Shown here in pieces: positions 41,003-49,616 of a DNA stretch of 64,000 nucleotides. Numbering within the stretch: position 1 is the first letter of the stretch; each line of letters opens with the position of its first letter. The position numbers were made by a program, and so were the translations under genes. The stretch comes from an uncultured Rubrivirga sp. Lineage in GTDB: Bacteria; Actinomycetota; Actinomycetes; S36-B12. Location of the stretch: NCBI GenBank assembly GCA_964595675.1, contig CAZQRR010000001.1, positions 3,724 to 67,723 of the forward strand. The letters are read 5' to 3'. Below the pieces are notes generated by a model that had not been told where the DNA came from, did not search any database, and saw nothing but the letters and a program-made list of their open reading frames with translations.

Positions 41003-42370
41003 CTAGCGCGGCTCCACGATCACCGGCATTCCGCCGTGCGGCCGAATGGTCACCAACGGCTCCCCGACTGGCAGTGACACACCTGGGGGAAACGAGACAC
41101 GGAACCGCCGAGCCAACTCGGCCACGATCATGACCGATTCGACGTAGGAGAAGTCACGACCGATGCACAACCGAGGCCCGGCACCGAAGGGAATGTGCGA
41201 AAAGCGGTCGACGTCCGACAAGAATCGCTCCGGATCGAACTCCTCCGGTCGATCCCACAACCTCGGATGACGGTGCAGCAGCCACGGGCTCATGATGATG
41301 AGGGCTCCAGCGGGAACGTGCACACCGTCGATCTCATCGGGACCCAGGGCAGAACGAGTTACCAGCCAGGCAGGTGGGTACAGACGCAACGTCTCATCGA
41401 TCACTGCCCGGGTGTAGGTCAGCTCTGCATAATCGACGAACTCAATGGGGCGACTCGGGGCGACTGTGTCGGCCTCCGCCGCGATCCGATCCCCCACGTG
41501 CGGATGGTCCGCGATCAGGCCCCACGCCCAGCCCAGGGCACTGGCCACGGTTTCATGACCCGCCACGATGAAGGTGACCAGTTGATCTCTGATCTGGGTA
41601 ATCGACAGTGCGGCACCCGTTTCGTCGCGGACCGACAGCAGCATGCCGAGCAGGTCTTCGGTAGGACTCCCACCTGCATCCTCCCTACGCGCAGCCACCA
41701 TGTCGGCTACTGCTTCGTCCAACCGAGCAACGGACTTCGTCAACACACGATTGCCGGGTGTGGGGATCCAAGCAGGTGGCGTGATCGGCACGCGTGCGCG
41801 TGCCACCACCACGTCCAGCGCATCCAAGGTCGCCGCGGCGATAGCACTCGATCTACCGGTGAGGTCAGTGCTCATCAAGGATGCCGCGACGACTTCCAAG
41901 GCGGCTCCCATCATGAAGGAATCAATGTCGATCACGGTGCCTGGAGACAGGTCGGCCCATTGGCTGGCTACACGCGCACTCGCCTGGCGCACGTGGGAAC
42001 CGATGTTCTCCAGCGCGGTGTGGTGGAACGCAGGTTGGAGGACTCTGCGTTGCTTTTTCCAGGTGTCGCCATCGGAAGTGAGCAGCCCCTCTCCAGTCAC
42101 TAGGGACAGTGCTCGGTATTGGATCGTCGACTTGCCGTAGTTCCGGGCATTGTCGACCAGCACGTGCCTGGTGCCTTCCGGACTGTTCACCAGGTAGCTA
42201 GGAGGCCTGGGAACCGGGAACTGAACCACGTCTCCGTGTGCAAGCCATGCCTGATGGAGGTATTCCAGCGGGTTACGGCGAATAGTCCCGAAGGCCTTCA
42301 ACATGTCCGGGCCCAGAGGGCCAGGAGCGGTCGCCGGAGTACCGAGGAAGCTGGTGGGGCGTTTGCTCAC
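41003..42370 (-). CDS. Cytochrome P450 (AGHET-type I-helix, CYP4/CYP132-like)
   Basis: Heme loop FGAGPRLCIGRDF, EXXR (ETLRLYPP), I-helix VAGHETVA. Trimmed to GTG 42368-42370, which overlaps the upstream TAG by 1 nt. Confidence 0.9.
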   Translation of the reverse strand: MSKRPTSFLGTPATAPGPLGPDMLKAFGTIRRNPLEYLHQAWLAHGDVVQFPVPRPPSYLVNSPEGTRHVLVDNARNYGKSTIQYRALSLVTGEGLLTSDGDTWKKQRRVLQPAFHHTALENIGSHVRQASARVASQWADLSPGTVIDIDSFMMGAALEVVAASLMSTDLTGRSSAIAAATLDALDVVVARARVPITPPAWIPTPGNRVLTKSVARLDEAVADMVAARREDAGGSPTEDLLGMLLSVRDETGAALSITQIRDQLVTFIVAGHETVASALGWAWGLIADHPHVGDRIAAEADTVAPSRPIEFVDYAELTYTRAVIDETLRLYPPAWLVTRSALGPDEIDGVHVPAGALIIMSPWLLHRHPRLWDRPEEFDPERFLSDVDRFSHIPFGAGPRLCIGRDFSYVESVMIVAELARRFRVSFPPGVSLPVGEPLVTIRPHGGMPVIVEPR

Positions 42371-42672
42371 TAACTCATGATCCGTGACTCGTTGACGAAT
42401 AGTCGCACCCGTGACGTCACGTGATCGAGGGAGTCTTGTGCCACGCTCTTGCCAATCTCCGATGCGTAAGCCGCTTCGAAGGCGTCGCGATCGTCGAACC
42501 ACAGCTCGGTGATGCCGTCGATCCCATCTCCTTCGACTACTTCATTGAAGCGAATCTCTCGAACACCGGGAAGCAGTCGGGCCATGGGAGCGTGCTCTTC
42601 CAGCCACCACTGCGCGAACTCCCCGTGACTCATGTCGGATCGACGCGTCAACAAGATCATCGCCTTGAACAT
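42370..42672 (-). CDS. EthD-domain protein
   Basis: 100 aa. MFKAMILLTRRSDMSHGEFAQWWLEEHAP... is typical of the EthD family. RBS AAAGGAAA upstream. Confidence 0.7.
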   Translation of the reverse strand: MFKAMILLTRRSDMSHGEFAQWWLEEHAPMARLLPGVREIRFNEVVEGDGIDGITELWFDDRDAFEAAYASEIGKSVAQDSLDHVTSRVRLFVNESRIMS

Positions 42673-42689
42673 ATGTTTCCTTTCGCAAT

Positions 42690-43247
42690 CTACGAGGGCT
42701 TACGGACGCGTGCCCCGGGTCGCCCCCCACACGACAGCGCAAGGGCGATGACGATTTCATCGGCATGCGGAGCATCGGGGACACTGACGTCCACCGAATC
42801 CATGTCGTCGAAGACCCACCTGTCGTCCTTATTGCCTATCGGCATGGTGATCTGAGCGCCCGGCCCGGCGACCTTCTTGGTTCCAGGGATGATGTCGGCC
42901 CCACCACCGATGGCATATCGAACCGGCGCCCCGAAACGGGGATGCAGGATCGCTGCGGTGTGTTCTCGGTCCCCGGCGACCCCCACGATCGCACCCTTGC
43001 CGTAACCGCGCACCGAATCGGCACCCAGTCCCACGGCTGCGAGCACTTGAAGGCAACGTTCCACCAGGAATGCCGCTGCATGCGAGCCCAGTTCCTCGAG
43101 TTCACTCAATTCCTCAACACGCCCTCGACCCGCGAGCGGGTTGTGGACCACCACGGCGCACGTGGCGACGATGGTCGGTGGGGTGATCTCCGCTCCGGCC
43201 TCCCGCAGGGTTTCGTGGAGACTTGAATGGACAGCCCTGACCTTCAC
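42690..43247 (-). CDS. Amino-acid-synthesis (AA_synth, PF06684-like) family protein
   Basis: GKGAIVGVAGDREHTAAILHPRFGAPVR...IPGTKKVAGPG...DAPHADEIVIALA matches my memory of this family. Trimmed to GTG 43245-43247, giving a GTGA overlap with the fbiC stop. Confidence 0.75.
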   Translation of the reverse strand: MKVRAVHSSLHETLREAGAEITPPTIVATCAVVVHNPLAGRGRVEELSELEELGSHAAAFLVERCLQVLAAVGLGADSVRGYGKGAIVGVAGDREHTAAILHPRFGAPVRYAIGGGADIIPGTKKVAGPGAQITMPIGNKDDRWVFDDMDSVDVSVPDAPHADEIVIALALSCGGRPGARVRKPS

Positions 43248-45619
43248 CCTGCTACTCCATTCATGTCGATGAGTGGTTGATACACCGTGGTCCGCTGCTC
43301 GAGAATGCGACCGATGGGCTCCAGCTCGCGGGCGAGCTCCGCGGGATCCATGCCCTGACCATGGGTGGCTCCAGCGGCGCGGGAGATGTTCTCGTCCATG
43401 AGCGTCCCACCGACGTCGTTGACTCCGCCCTGCAAGAGTTGCTTCACTCCAGGAATACCGAGCTTCACCCATGAGGCCTGAACGTTGTCGATGAGCCCTC
43501 GATAAGCGATGCGGCCGATCGCATGCATCAAGACGACCTCCCGCCAAGTGGGGCCACGGCGGGCTTTGCGCTTCAAATAGACCGGGGAAGCCATGTGTAC
43601 GAACGGCAGAGGTATGAACTCGGTGAACCCACCGGTACGTCGTTGCAGGTCGCGCGTGGCGAGGATGTGGGCAATCCAGTGTTCGGGTTGCTCGACACTC
43701 CCGAACATGATCGTGACGTTCGATCGCAGTCCCAAGCGGTGCGCCGTTTCGTGCACCATCAACCACTCGTCAGTGGTCACCTTGTCCGGACACAAGATGG
43801 CGCGAATATCGTCGTGCAGGATCTCAGCGGCAGTCCCAGGCAGCGACGCTAATCCTGCGTCCTTCATCCGCTGCAGGTAGGAGTCCAACGGCTCACCCAG
43901 TCGCCGCGAACCTTCGAGAATCTCGAGTGCGGTGAAGCCATGCACATGCATCGCGGGAACGGCCTTTTTGACCACCTCGGTCACGCGGACGTAGTAGTCG
44001 CCGTCGAAGTCCGGATGTATCCCGCCCTGCAAGCACACTTCGGTGGCTCCGTGGGATGCGGCTTCCACGACCCGTGCGGCGATCTCCTCGTCGTCCAGGA
44101 GATAGGGCTTCCCTCGGAGGTTCAAGGACAACGGGCCCTTCGAGAAGCCACAGAAGGTGCATTTGTATGTACAGACGTTGGTGTAGTTGATATTCCGGTT
44201 CCGCACATATGTCACCGCAGAGCCGTTGACCTGCGCGCGTATCTCGTCCGCCACTGCGGCGATGGCTGCTACTTCCCGTCCGCGCGCCGCGAACAAGGTG
44301 GCGAGTTCGGGAGCGTCGACCCGTTGACCCGCACGAACACCGGCGAGCACCTCGCCAACGGCACCGGAGATGTCACTCGAACGCGGAATGAGGGCAACAG
44401 GCAACCGTTCGGCACCCGCGTACCAAGCCGTGGAGCGCCGTCCGATCTGGATTACCTCGGCACCAGTACCGACATTCGCAGCGTCCTGGTACTTCTCAGG
44501 GAAAACGGCACCCGGATCATCTCGCGCCAGACCTTCGGCATCGCTTCGGTCCAGGACCGCGAAGTGCAAGCCTTCATCGATCCAGTCATGAGCGCTGAGC
44601 ACGAATTCCGGGTAGACCGTCAGACGCGGAGCCAGTTCCCTGCCGCTGGCCTCAGCGGCGAACCGGAGCGCCTCCAAGGACGGCCACGGCTTCTCGGGAT
44701 TGACGTGGTCGATGGTGACCGGCGAGACGCCACCGAAGTCATCGATACCGGCCTCGATGATCGCCGTGATGTCGTCGACCAGATTGGGAGGTGCCTGCAC
44801 GTGGACGCTCGAGGGCAAGACCGCGCGCGCAAGCGCGATGGCATCGACGAGGTCATCAATCGAGCACGCGGGCTCATCCCGCATGCCGGTGCCCGCCTTG
44901 GGCACGAAGTTCTGGACGATCACCTCCTGGATATGCCCGTACTTCGCGTGGCTGGCAGCTATCGCTTCCAACGCGACCACGCGGTCGGATCTTGACTCCC
45001 CGAAGCCGACCAGGATGCCTGTGGTGAACGGGATGGCCAACTCGCCCGCAAAGTCGAGTGTGGCCAGACGACGAGCCGGATCCTTGTCCGGGGCACCGCG
45101 GTGCGCCGGAAGGTCGGGATTCAATGACTCGATCATCATTCCCTGACTCGGGGCAACGGTCCGCAGACGGGCTAGGTCGTCTCGCCCGAGAGCGCCGGCG
45201 TTGGCGTGTGGCAGCAATCCCGAGGTCTCGAGAACCCGCCTGCATGCAGCGACCAGGTAGTCGATCGTGGACTCGTAGCCGTTCGCATCGAGCCAATCGC
45301 GTGCCTGCGGATACCGATCCTCGGGGTACTCCCCCAGCGTGAAGAGCGCTTCATGGCAGCCGGCTTGCGCACCCTGGCTTGCGATTCGCTCCACGTCATC
45401 CAAGGACAGGTAGGGCGACGGTAGGTGGTGCGGGGCTTGGGCGAAGGTGCAGTAACCGCAGCGATCCCGGCACAACTGCGTGAGAGGGATGAAGACTTTC
45501 GGCGAGTAGGTGATTCGACTCGTGATCTCGCTGGACGGCTTCGTTGAACCAGGATCGATCGACCCAGGACCGATGGACAACGCTGCCTCCGTCTCGCAAC
45601 TCGACCCGATAACCGACAA
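43244..45619 (-). CDS. fbiC: FO synthase (7,8-didemethyl-8-hydroxy-5-deazariboflavin synthase), fused CofG/CofH
   Basis: Two radical-SAM clusters (CRDRCGYC in the N-terminal half, CTYKCTFC in the C-terminal half), 791 aa. The TTG start at 45617-45619 is uncertain. Confidence 0.92.
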   Translation of the reverse strand: MSVIGSSCETEAALSIGPGSIDPGSTKPSSEITSRITYSPKVFIPLTQLCRDRCGYCTFAQAPHHLPSPYLSLDDVERIASQGAQAGCHEALFTLGEYPEDRYPQARDWLDANGYESTIDYLVAACRRVLETSGLLPHANAGALGRDDLARLRTVAPSQGMMIESLNPDLPAHRGAPDKDPARRLATLDFAGELAIPFTTGILVGFGESRSDRVVALEAIAASHAKYGHIQEVIVQNFVPKAGTGMRDEPACSIDDLVDAIALARAVLPSSVHVQAPPNLVDDITAIIEAGIDDFGGVSPVTIDHVNPEKPWPSLEALRFAAEASGRELAPRLTVYPEFVLSAHDWIDEGLHFAVLDRSDAEGLARDDPGAVFPEKYQDAANVGTGAEVIQIGRRSTAWYAGAERLPVALIPRSSDISGAVGEVLAGVRAGQRVDAPELATLFAARGREVAAIAAVADEIRAQVNGSAVTYVRNRNINYTNVCTYKCTFCGFSKGPLSLNLRGKPYLLDDEEIAARVVEAASHGATEVCLQGGIHPDFDGDYYVRVTEVVKKAVPAMHVHGFTALEILEGSRRLGEPLDSYLQRMKDAGLASLPGTAAEILHDDIRAILCPDKVTTDEWLMVHETAHRLGLRSNVTIMFGSVEQPEHWIAHILATRDLQRRTGGFTEFIPLPFVHMASPVYLKRKARRGPTWREVVLMHAIGRIAYRGLIDNVQASWVKLGIPGVKQLLQGGVNDVGGTLMDENISRAAGATHGQGMDPAELARELEPIGRILEQRTTVYQPLIDMNGVAG

Positions 45620-45665
45620 CCCCCGCCTCGTATCGTGGCATAGCCACCAAAGCGGGGGTTGTCGG
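45613..45665. promoter_or_regulatory. 14-bp perfect inverted repeat (hairpin) at the fbiC 5' end
   Basis: CCGACAACCCCCGC (45613-45626) pairs with GCGGGGGTTGTCGG (45652-45665); the loop is 25 nt. The 3' arm on the minus-strand mRNA contains the putative TTG start. Confidence 0.6.
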
Positions 45666-45710
45666 TTGTGAATTCAGTTATGTGATGAACGCAATGCCGA
45701 AAGAGGGCCC

Positions 45711-47204
45711 CTAGCGGGTGGACACGCCCTTCTTGACTCCACCCGACTGGTACTCGCGGACCGCGGCCCGCGAAGCCAGCCAGGTCCAACCCGGCTCGCG
45801 CGCAGGTGCTTCCTCGGAGACGATCTCGAGTCCGGAGTGAGCGGCGTTCGGGAAGTCGTCGTCGACGTGGACGATGTTGTCGAATCCCGCGTTCTGCAGC
45901 ACCGAGGCAACGGCTGCCGCCCGGTATCCCGATCCGCAGTAGACGAAGATGTCCTCGTCGCGGGGCAACTCGCCCATACGATCGAGCACCTCATAGAAGG
46001 GCATGAAGGTCGCACCTTTCACGTGCCCCGATTCCCATTCCAGGATCTGGCGGGTGTCGATGACCACCGACCTAGGGTTCGCCTTCCACTCCTTGGCCAT
46101 CTCCTCGAAGTCCACTCGACGCATGAACGCAGGCGTCTCACCCTCGGACATCCACGAGTCCGGACCTCCGACGGCCTGACCGGCCGGTCGATCGATGCCG
46201 ATCCGGACCAACTCACGCTGAGCCGCTTCCACCTGCTCGGTGGTCGCCCCAACCAGCGTGATCGGCGTGCCCCACGGCACCATCCAGCCGAGGTAGTTGA
46301 TGAAGGCCCCATTGAGGTCGAAATTGACCGCGCCGGGCACGTGACCTGAGGCGAAGACCTCGCGGGAGCGCAGGTCCACGACCCACTCGCCCGCTTCGAC
46401 GCGGCGTCGCAGTTCGGCAGGGTCGACCGGTGCGGGCAGCGACAGGTCGATCTGTGCCGGTCCGGCAGCGTTGGCCGGACCCATGTGGGCGTAGTACGCG
46501 GGAAAGACGTCGAGCCCGGCGATCAGCATTTCGACGAAGTCCTCCTCCGCCTGGGTGAGGGCGGGGTTGATCGCCTTCTCCTGACCCAAAGACGTCTGGA
46601 CGCCTGCAGTCTGGATCGACGAGCAGAACGATCCGAAACCATGCGTGGGGTAAATCTGCGTGTCAGCCGGCAGTACATCGACGAGGTGATGGGCGGAATG
46701 CCACTGATCGTGGGCTTGCTTGACCGTCAAGTCGGGTGCGACGAGATCGGGCCGACCCACGGTTCCGTACAGGAGTGAACCACCGGTGAATACCGCGCCC
46801 GGATGGTTGTCACGGCTGACCGCGAAGGAGATGTGGTGCGGCGTGTGGCCAGGGGTGTGCACGATGCGCACATCGAGGTCACCCACTCGGAAGCTGTCAC
46901 CCTCGCTCATTGCCACGACGTTCGCCTCGCCCAGGTACGACAGTTCCACGTCAGCAGGAACCACGTAGGTAGCGCCATGCTTCTTCGCGAACTGATAGCC
47001 ACCATTGACGTAGTCGTTGTGGATGTGGGTCTCACCTACGTGAGTCACGGTGAGGCCGTGCTCGGCGATGAGCTTCTCGACGCGGTCGGTATCGCGCTGG
47101 GGGTCGATGACGATGGCGTTTACACCATCGTGGGCGATGTAGCCCCGGTCGCCGAGACCCGGGGTGTCGATGACGATGACGTGGGGGGCGCTTGTTGCGG
47201 TCAT
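45711..47204 (-). CDS. MBL-fold persulfide-dioxygenase-like domain fused to two rhodanese domains (CstB-like)
   Basis: Metal motifs THIHNDYV and HTPGHTPHH. C-terminal rhodanese active-site loop YCGSGYRAA. 497 aa. RBS AGGAGTAGGAG. Confidence 0.85.
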   Translation of the reverse strand: MTATSAPHVIVIDTPGLGDRGYIAHDGVNAIVIDPQRDTDRVEKLIAEHGLTVTHVGETHIHNDYVNGGYQFAKKHGATYVVPADVELSYLGEANVVAMSEGDSFRVGDLDVRIVHTPGHTPHHISFAVSRDNHPGAVFTGGSLLYGTVGRPDLVAPDLTVKQAHDQWHSAHHLVDVLPADTQIYPTHGFGSFCSSIQTAGVQTSLGQEKAINPALTQAEEDFVEMLIAGLDVFPAYYAHMGPANAAGPAQIDLSLPAPVDPAELRRRVEAGEWVVDLRSREVFASGHVPGAVNFDLNGAFINYLGWMVPWGTPITLVGATTEQVEAAQRELVRIGIDRPAGQAVGGPDSWMSEGETPAFMRRVDFEEMAKEWKANPRSVVIDTRQILEWESGHVKGATFMPFYEVLDRMGELPRDEDIFVYCGSGYRAAAVASVLQNAGFDNIVHVDDDFPNAAHSGLEIVSEEAPAREPGWTWLASRAAVREYQSGGVKKGVSTR

Positions 47205-47392
47205 GACTTTGCTCCTACTCCTGATTCGCGGACTCTTGATTGCTGCGGCATGCCCGCTGCGCGCCAGGCTGCCAGGCCTCTACCGAAAGCGTGCTGACCA
47301 TCGTGGGCTCTGCTCCCTATCGCGGTGTGGTCGTGTCGATTTGTCACTACGTCGATGCACGGGCCCTCGTCGGGCCGCACCCGCTAAGGCTA

Positions 47393-47408
47393 ATACCCCC
47401 CGGGGTAT
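47393..47408. promoter_or_regulatory. CsoR/CstR-type GC-core palindrome (candidate operator)
   Basis: ATACCCC-CC-GGGGTAT: perfect 7-bp arms with AT-rich flanks (TAATACCCCCCGGGGTATAT). Confidence 0.45.
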
Positions 47409-47502
47409 ATGTCCAGTCCTACATGGAGTTTGACCGGACATCCGTCCGGCGGGCGGCGAGGAGCTCAAGTATGTGAATTCACGCACAATCACCCCTTTTT
47501 GT

Positions 47503-47531
47503 TTGGTAAACCAACAAATATGCGACATAAT
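47503..47531 (+). promoter_or_regulatory. Candidate sigma-70-type promoter
   Basis: TTGGTA, a 17-nt spacer, then CATAAT. It lies in a strikingly AT-rich patch about 57 nt upstream of the 47588 ATG. Confidence 0.4.
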
Positions 47532-47587
47532 CGTTATGTGCACGGGAGACCCCCGAGCCACCAACACAGAAAAGGGAGTGACCCTCC

Positions 47588-47749
47588 ATGAAGCAACTCG
47601 GAAGCATCTTCGGCTCCGTATTTGGACGCATCGATTCCGAGACCGCCGCGCGTAAGGAGATCTACCGCGAGTGGGATCGCCAGCGTCGTAATGCCATGAG
47701 CCCGACGGACCTGGCGGAGATCGACGCGATCTTCTCCCGCGCTCTCTAG
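47588..47749 (+). CDS. Unlisted small ORF (53 aa), hypothetical
   Basis: My own translation: MKQLGSIFGSVFGRIDSETAARKEIYREWDRQRRNAMSPTDLAEIDAIFSRAL. RBS GGGAG 9 nt upstream; third-position GC is high, as in neighbouring genes. It falls below the track's length cutoff. Confidence 0.5.
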   Translation: MKQLGSIFGSVFGRIDSETAARKEIYREWDRQRRNAMSPTDLAEIDAIFSRAL

Positions 47750-47874
47750 GCGAATTCGCCTAGTCAGCACCTTCCATACTCCCGTTGCGGCGGCGGTTGT
47801 GGCCACGGAATCCACGAGGTTCCGACCACGACTGACGCCGCAAGGGGAGTTTCGTCTTTCTGGGTGAAATCGAC

Positions 47875-48699
47875 CTACTTGAAGTCGACCGTAACGGGAG
47901 CGTGGTCGCTCCACCGCTCCGCGTAGCTCGGCGCCCGACCGATCACAAGATTGTTCGCTCGATCCGCCAGCCCGTGGGTAGCCGCGTGATAGTCGATCCG
48001 CCAACCGGCGTCGTTGTCGAACGCCTGTCCTCGCCATGACCACCATGTGTACGGGCCGGGACCCGGCCCGCCGAACTCACGCCCCAGATCACGCCACGAC
48101 TTGGCGAACCACCGATCGAGGTAGACGCGTTCTTCGGGCAGGAAACCCGCACTCGTCAGGTTCCCCTTCCAGTTCTTGATATCAACCTCGCGATGCGCGA
48201 TGTTCCAGTCCCCGCACACCAACGCCTGAACTCCGTCCGTGTCGGCCCGACGAAGCAGGGCCCGCAGTCGCAGATCCATTCCCTCCAAGAACGCGTACTT
48301 CGCATCCTGCTTGGGCGTACCCGCCTCGCCGGAGTGCACGTACACGCTCGCGACGGTGACCGGCCCCACGCTGGTGTCCAGATCCACTTCGATCCACCGA
48401 CCTTGGTCGTTGATGGCGGACTGGCGGAAACGATCGCGGACCTCCACGGGCTGCTTCTTGGTCAAGACCGCAACACCCGCTCGACCCTTCTCCGGAGCCT
48501 CGACGTGAGCCACGTGCCAAGACGAGAACGGTGAACTCTCTAGTGCCTCATCCAGTTGGGCCCGCGTGGCCCGAACCTCCTGAAGGCAGATCGCATCAGC
48601 CTTCGTTGCAGCGAGCCAATCCAAACCGCCCCTGCGCTGCGCTGCTCGGATGCCGTTGACGTTGGCCGTGATCACCCGAAATCCCCGTGAGCGACCCAT
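47875..48699 (-). CDS. xthA: Exodeoxyribonuclease III (EEP family AP endonuclease)
   Basis: VITANVNGIRAA, ICLQEVR, WSDHAPV motifs. Trimmed to ATG 48697-48699. Confidence 0.9.
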   Translation of the reverse strand: MGRSRGFRVITANVNGIRAAQRRGGLDWLAATKADAICLQEVRATRAQLDEALESSPFSSWHVAHVEAPEKGRAGVAVLTKKQPVEVRDRFRQSAINDQGRWIEVDLDTSVGPVTVASVYVHSGEAGTPKQDAKYAFLEGMDLRLRALLRRADTDGVQALVCGDWNIAHREVDIKNWKGNLTSAGFLPEERVYLDRWFAKSWRDLGREFGGPGPGPYTWWSWRGQAFDNDAGWRIDYHAATHGLADRANNLVIGRAPSYAERWSDHAPVTVDFK

Positions 48700-48709
48700 A
48701 GCCGAGACC

Positions 48710-49564
48710 TTAGGTGGTGGTGATCTGGAACTCGATTCCCACCCATTCGAATTGTTGAGCGGCACCGAGTCCGTAGCCGAAGGTTCCGGGCACGTTCAAC
48801 TCGAACGTCAATTCGAAGGTTCCATCGGACTTGACCTTCGTGGTGATGGGCAGGTCCTCGAAGTGCCCCGATCCCTTCTTGTCACTGGCGACGAACCGCG
48901 ACAACTGAAGCGTGGTTCCAGGCTTCACGAATTCCGGAGCCGTCCCGGAGATCGTGATCGGAGCACCAGCGGGTGCAGTGGTTCGACTGATGGTGGCGGT
49001 TCCTCCCCACCCGACCACGTTGGGAGTGGTGGTGAAGCCGCTCTTGGCCAGTTGACGGCTGGTGAGTTGCACCGCATTGGCCGAACCACCCGAGGCTGCT
49101 TTCCCGTCGCCCGTGGTGGTGAGCTGGAACTGGAAGCCGACGAACTCTGGGGAGAAACTGTCCGTCTCGTATCCAACGCGATACCCGTAGGTGCCCACGT
49201 AGCCCAGTTGCATCCGCATCACGAAAGTGCCATTGGGGTTCACCGTGGTAGTGATGTTCAGGTCCTTGAACTCACCTGAACCTTGAGTGTCCGAGGGAAC
49301 GAAGCGCTGCAGCGTGAGCAACTGTCCGGCCGGTGCGTAGTTGGGGGCCTTGCCACGCACGATCACGTCCTGCCATTGAGCAGCCGAATTGGTCGAAATC
49401 TGCGCCGTACCCGGCTCCCAGCCGACGACGTTCGGCTTCTTGGTGAAGCCGCCCGCTGTGAGCTGCTGTGACGTGAGGGTCACGCCGGAGTCGGCCTGTA
49501 CGGGCGCAGCGACGAGCGCCGTTCCCAAGGATGCTGCTGCGATGGCGATGAAGAAGCGCTTCAT
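48710..49564 (-). CDS. Secreted protein with two tandem ~120-aa homologous domains, unknown function
   Basis: Signal peptide MKRFFIAIAAASLGTALVAAPVQA-DS. Two repeats each run from V(T/Q)LTS(Q/R)QL to FQ(L/I)TTT. Confidence 0.7.
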   Translation of the reverse strand: MKRFFIAIAAASLGTALVAAPVQADSGVTLTSQQLTAGGFTKKPNVVGWEPGTAQISTNSAAQWQDVIVRGKAPNYAPAGQLLTLQRFVPSDTQGSGEFKDLNITTTVNPNGTFVMRMQLGYVGTYGYRVGYETDSFSPEFVGFQFQLTTTGDGKAASGGSANAVQLTSRQLAKSGFTTTPNVVGWGGTATISRTTAPAGAPITISGTAPEFVKPGTTLQLSRFVASDKKGSGHFEDLPITTKVKSDGTFELTFELNVPGTFGYGLGAAQQFEWVGIEFQITTT

Positions 49565-49616
49565 GGGACTCCCTAGATCGGCTGCCTGGTCACGCTAGGG
49601 CTGGGGGCCTTGCGAG

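Noticed and set aside
43248-43766. N-terminal extension of ORF 42690..43766
   Set aside because: It overlaps the fbiC 3' end out of frame. The AA_synth homology begins at the GTG that overlaps the fbiC stop.
47280-47567. 95-aa minus-strand ORF in the 47.2-47.6 kb gap as a possible CsoR/CstR repressor
   Set aside because: The sequence shows no CsoR-family features (no conserved Cys/His/Cys pattern or helical-bundle character). It also crosses the AT-rich promoter patch.
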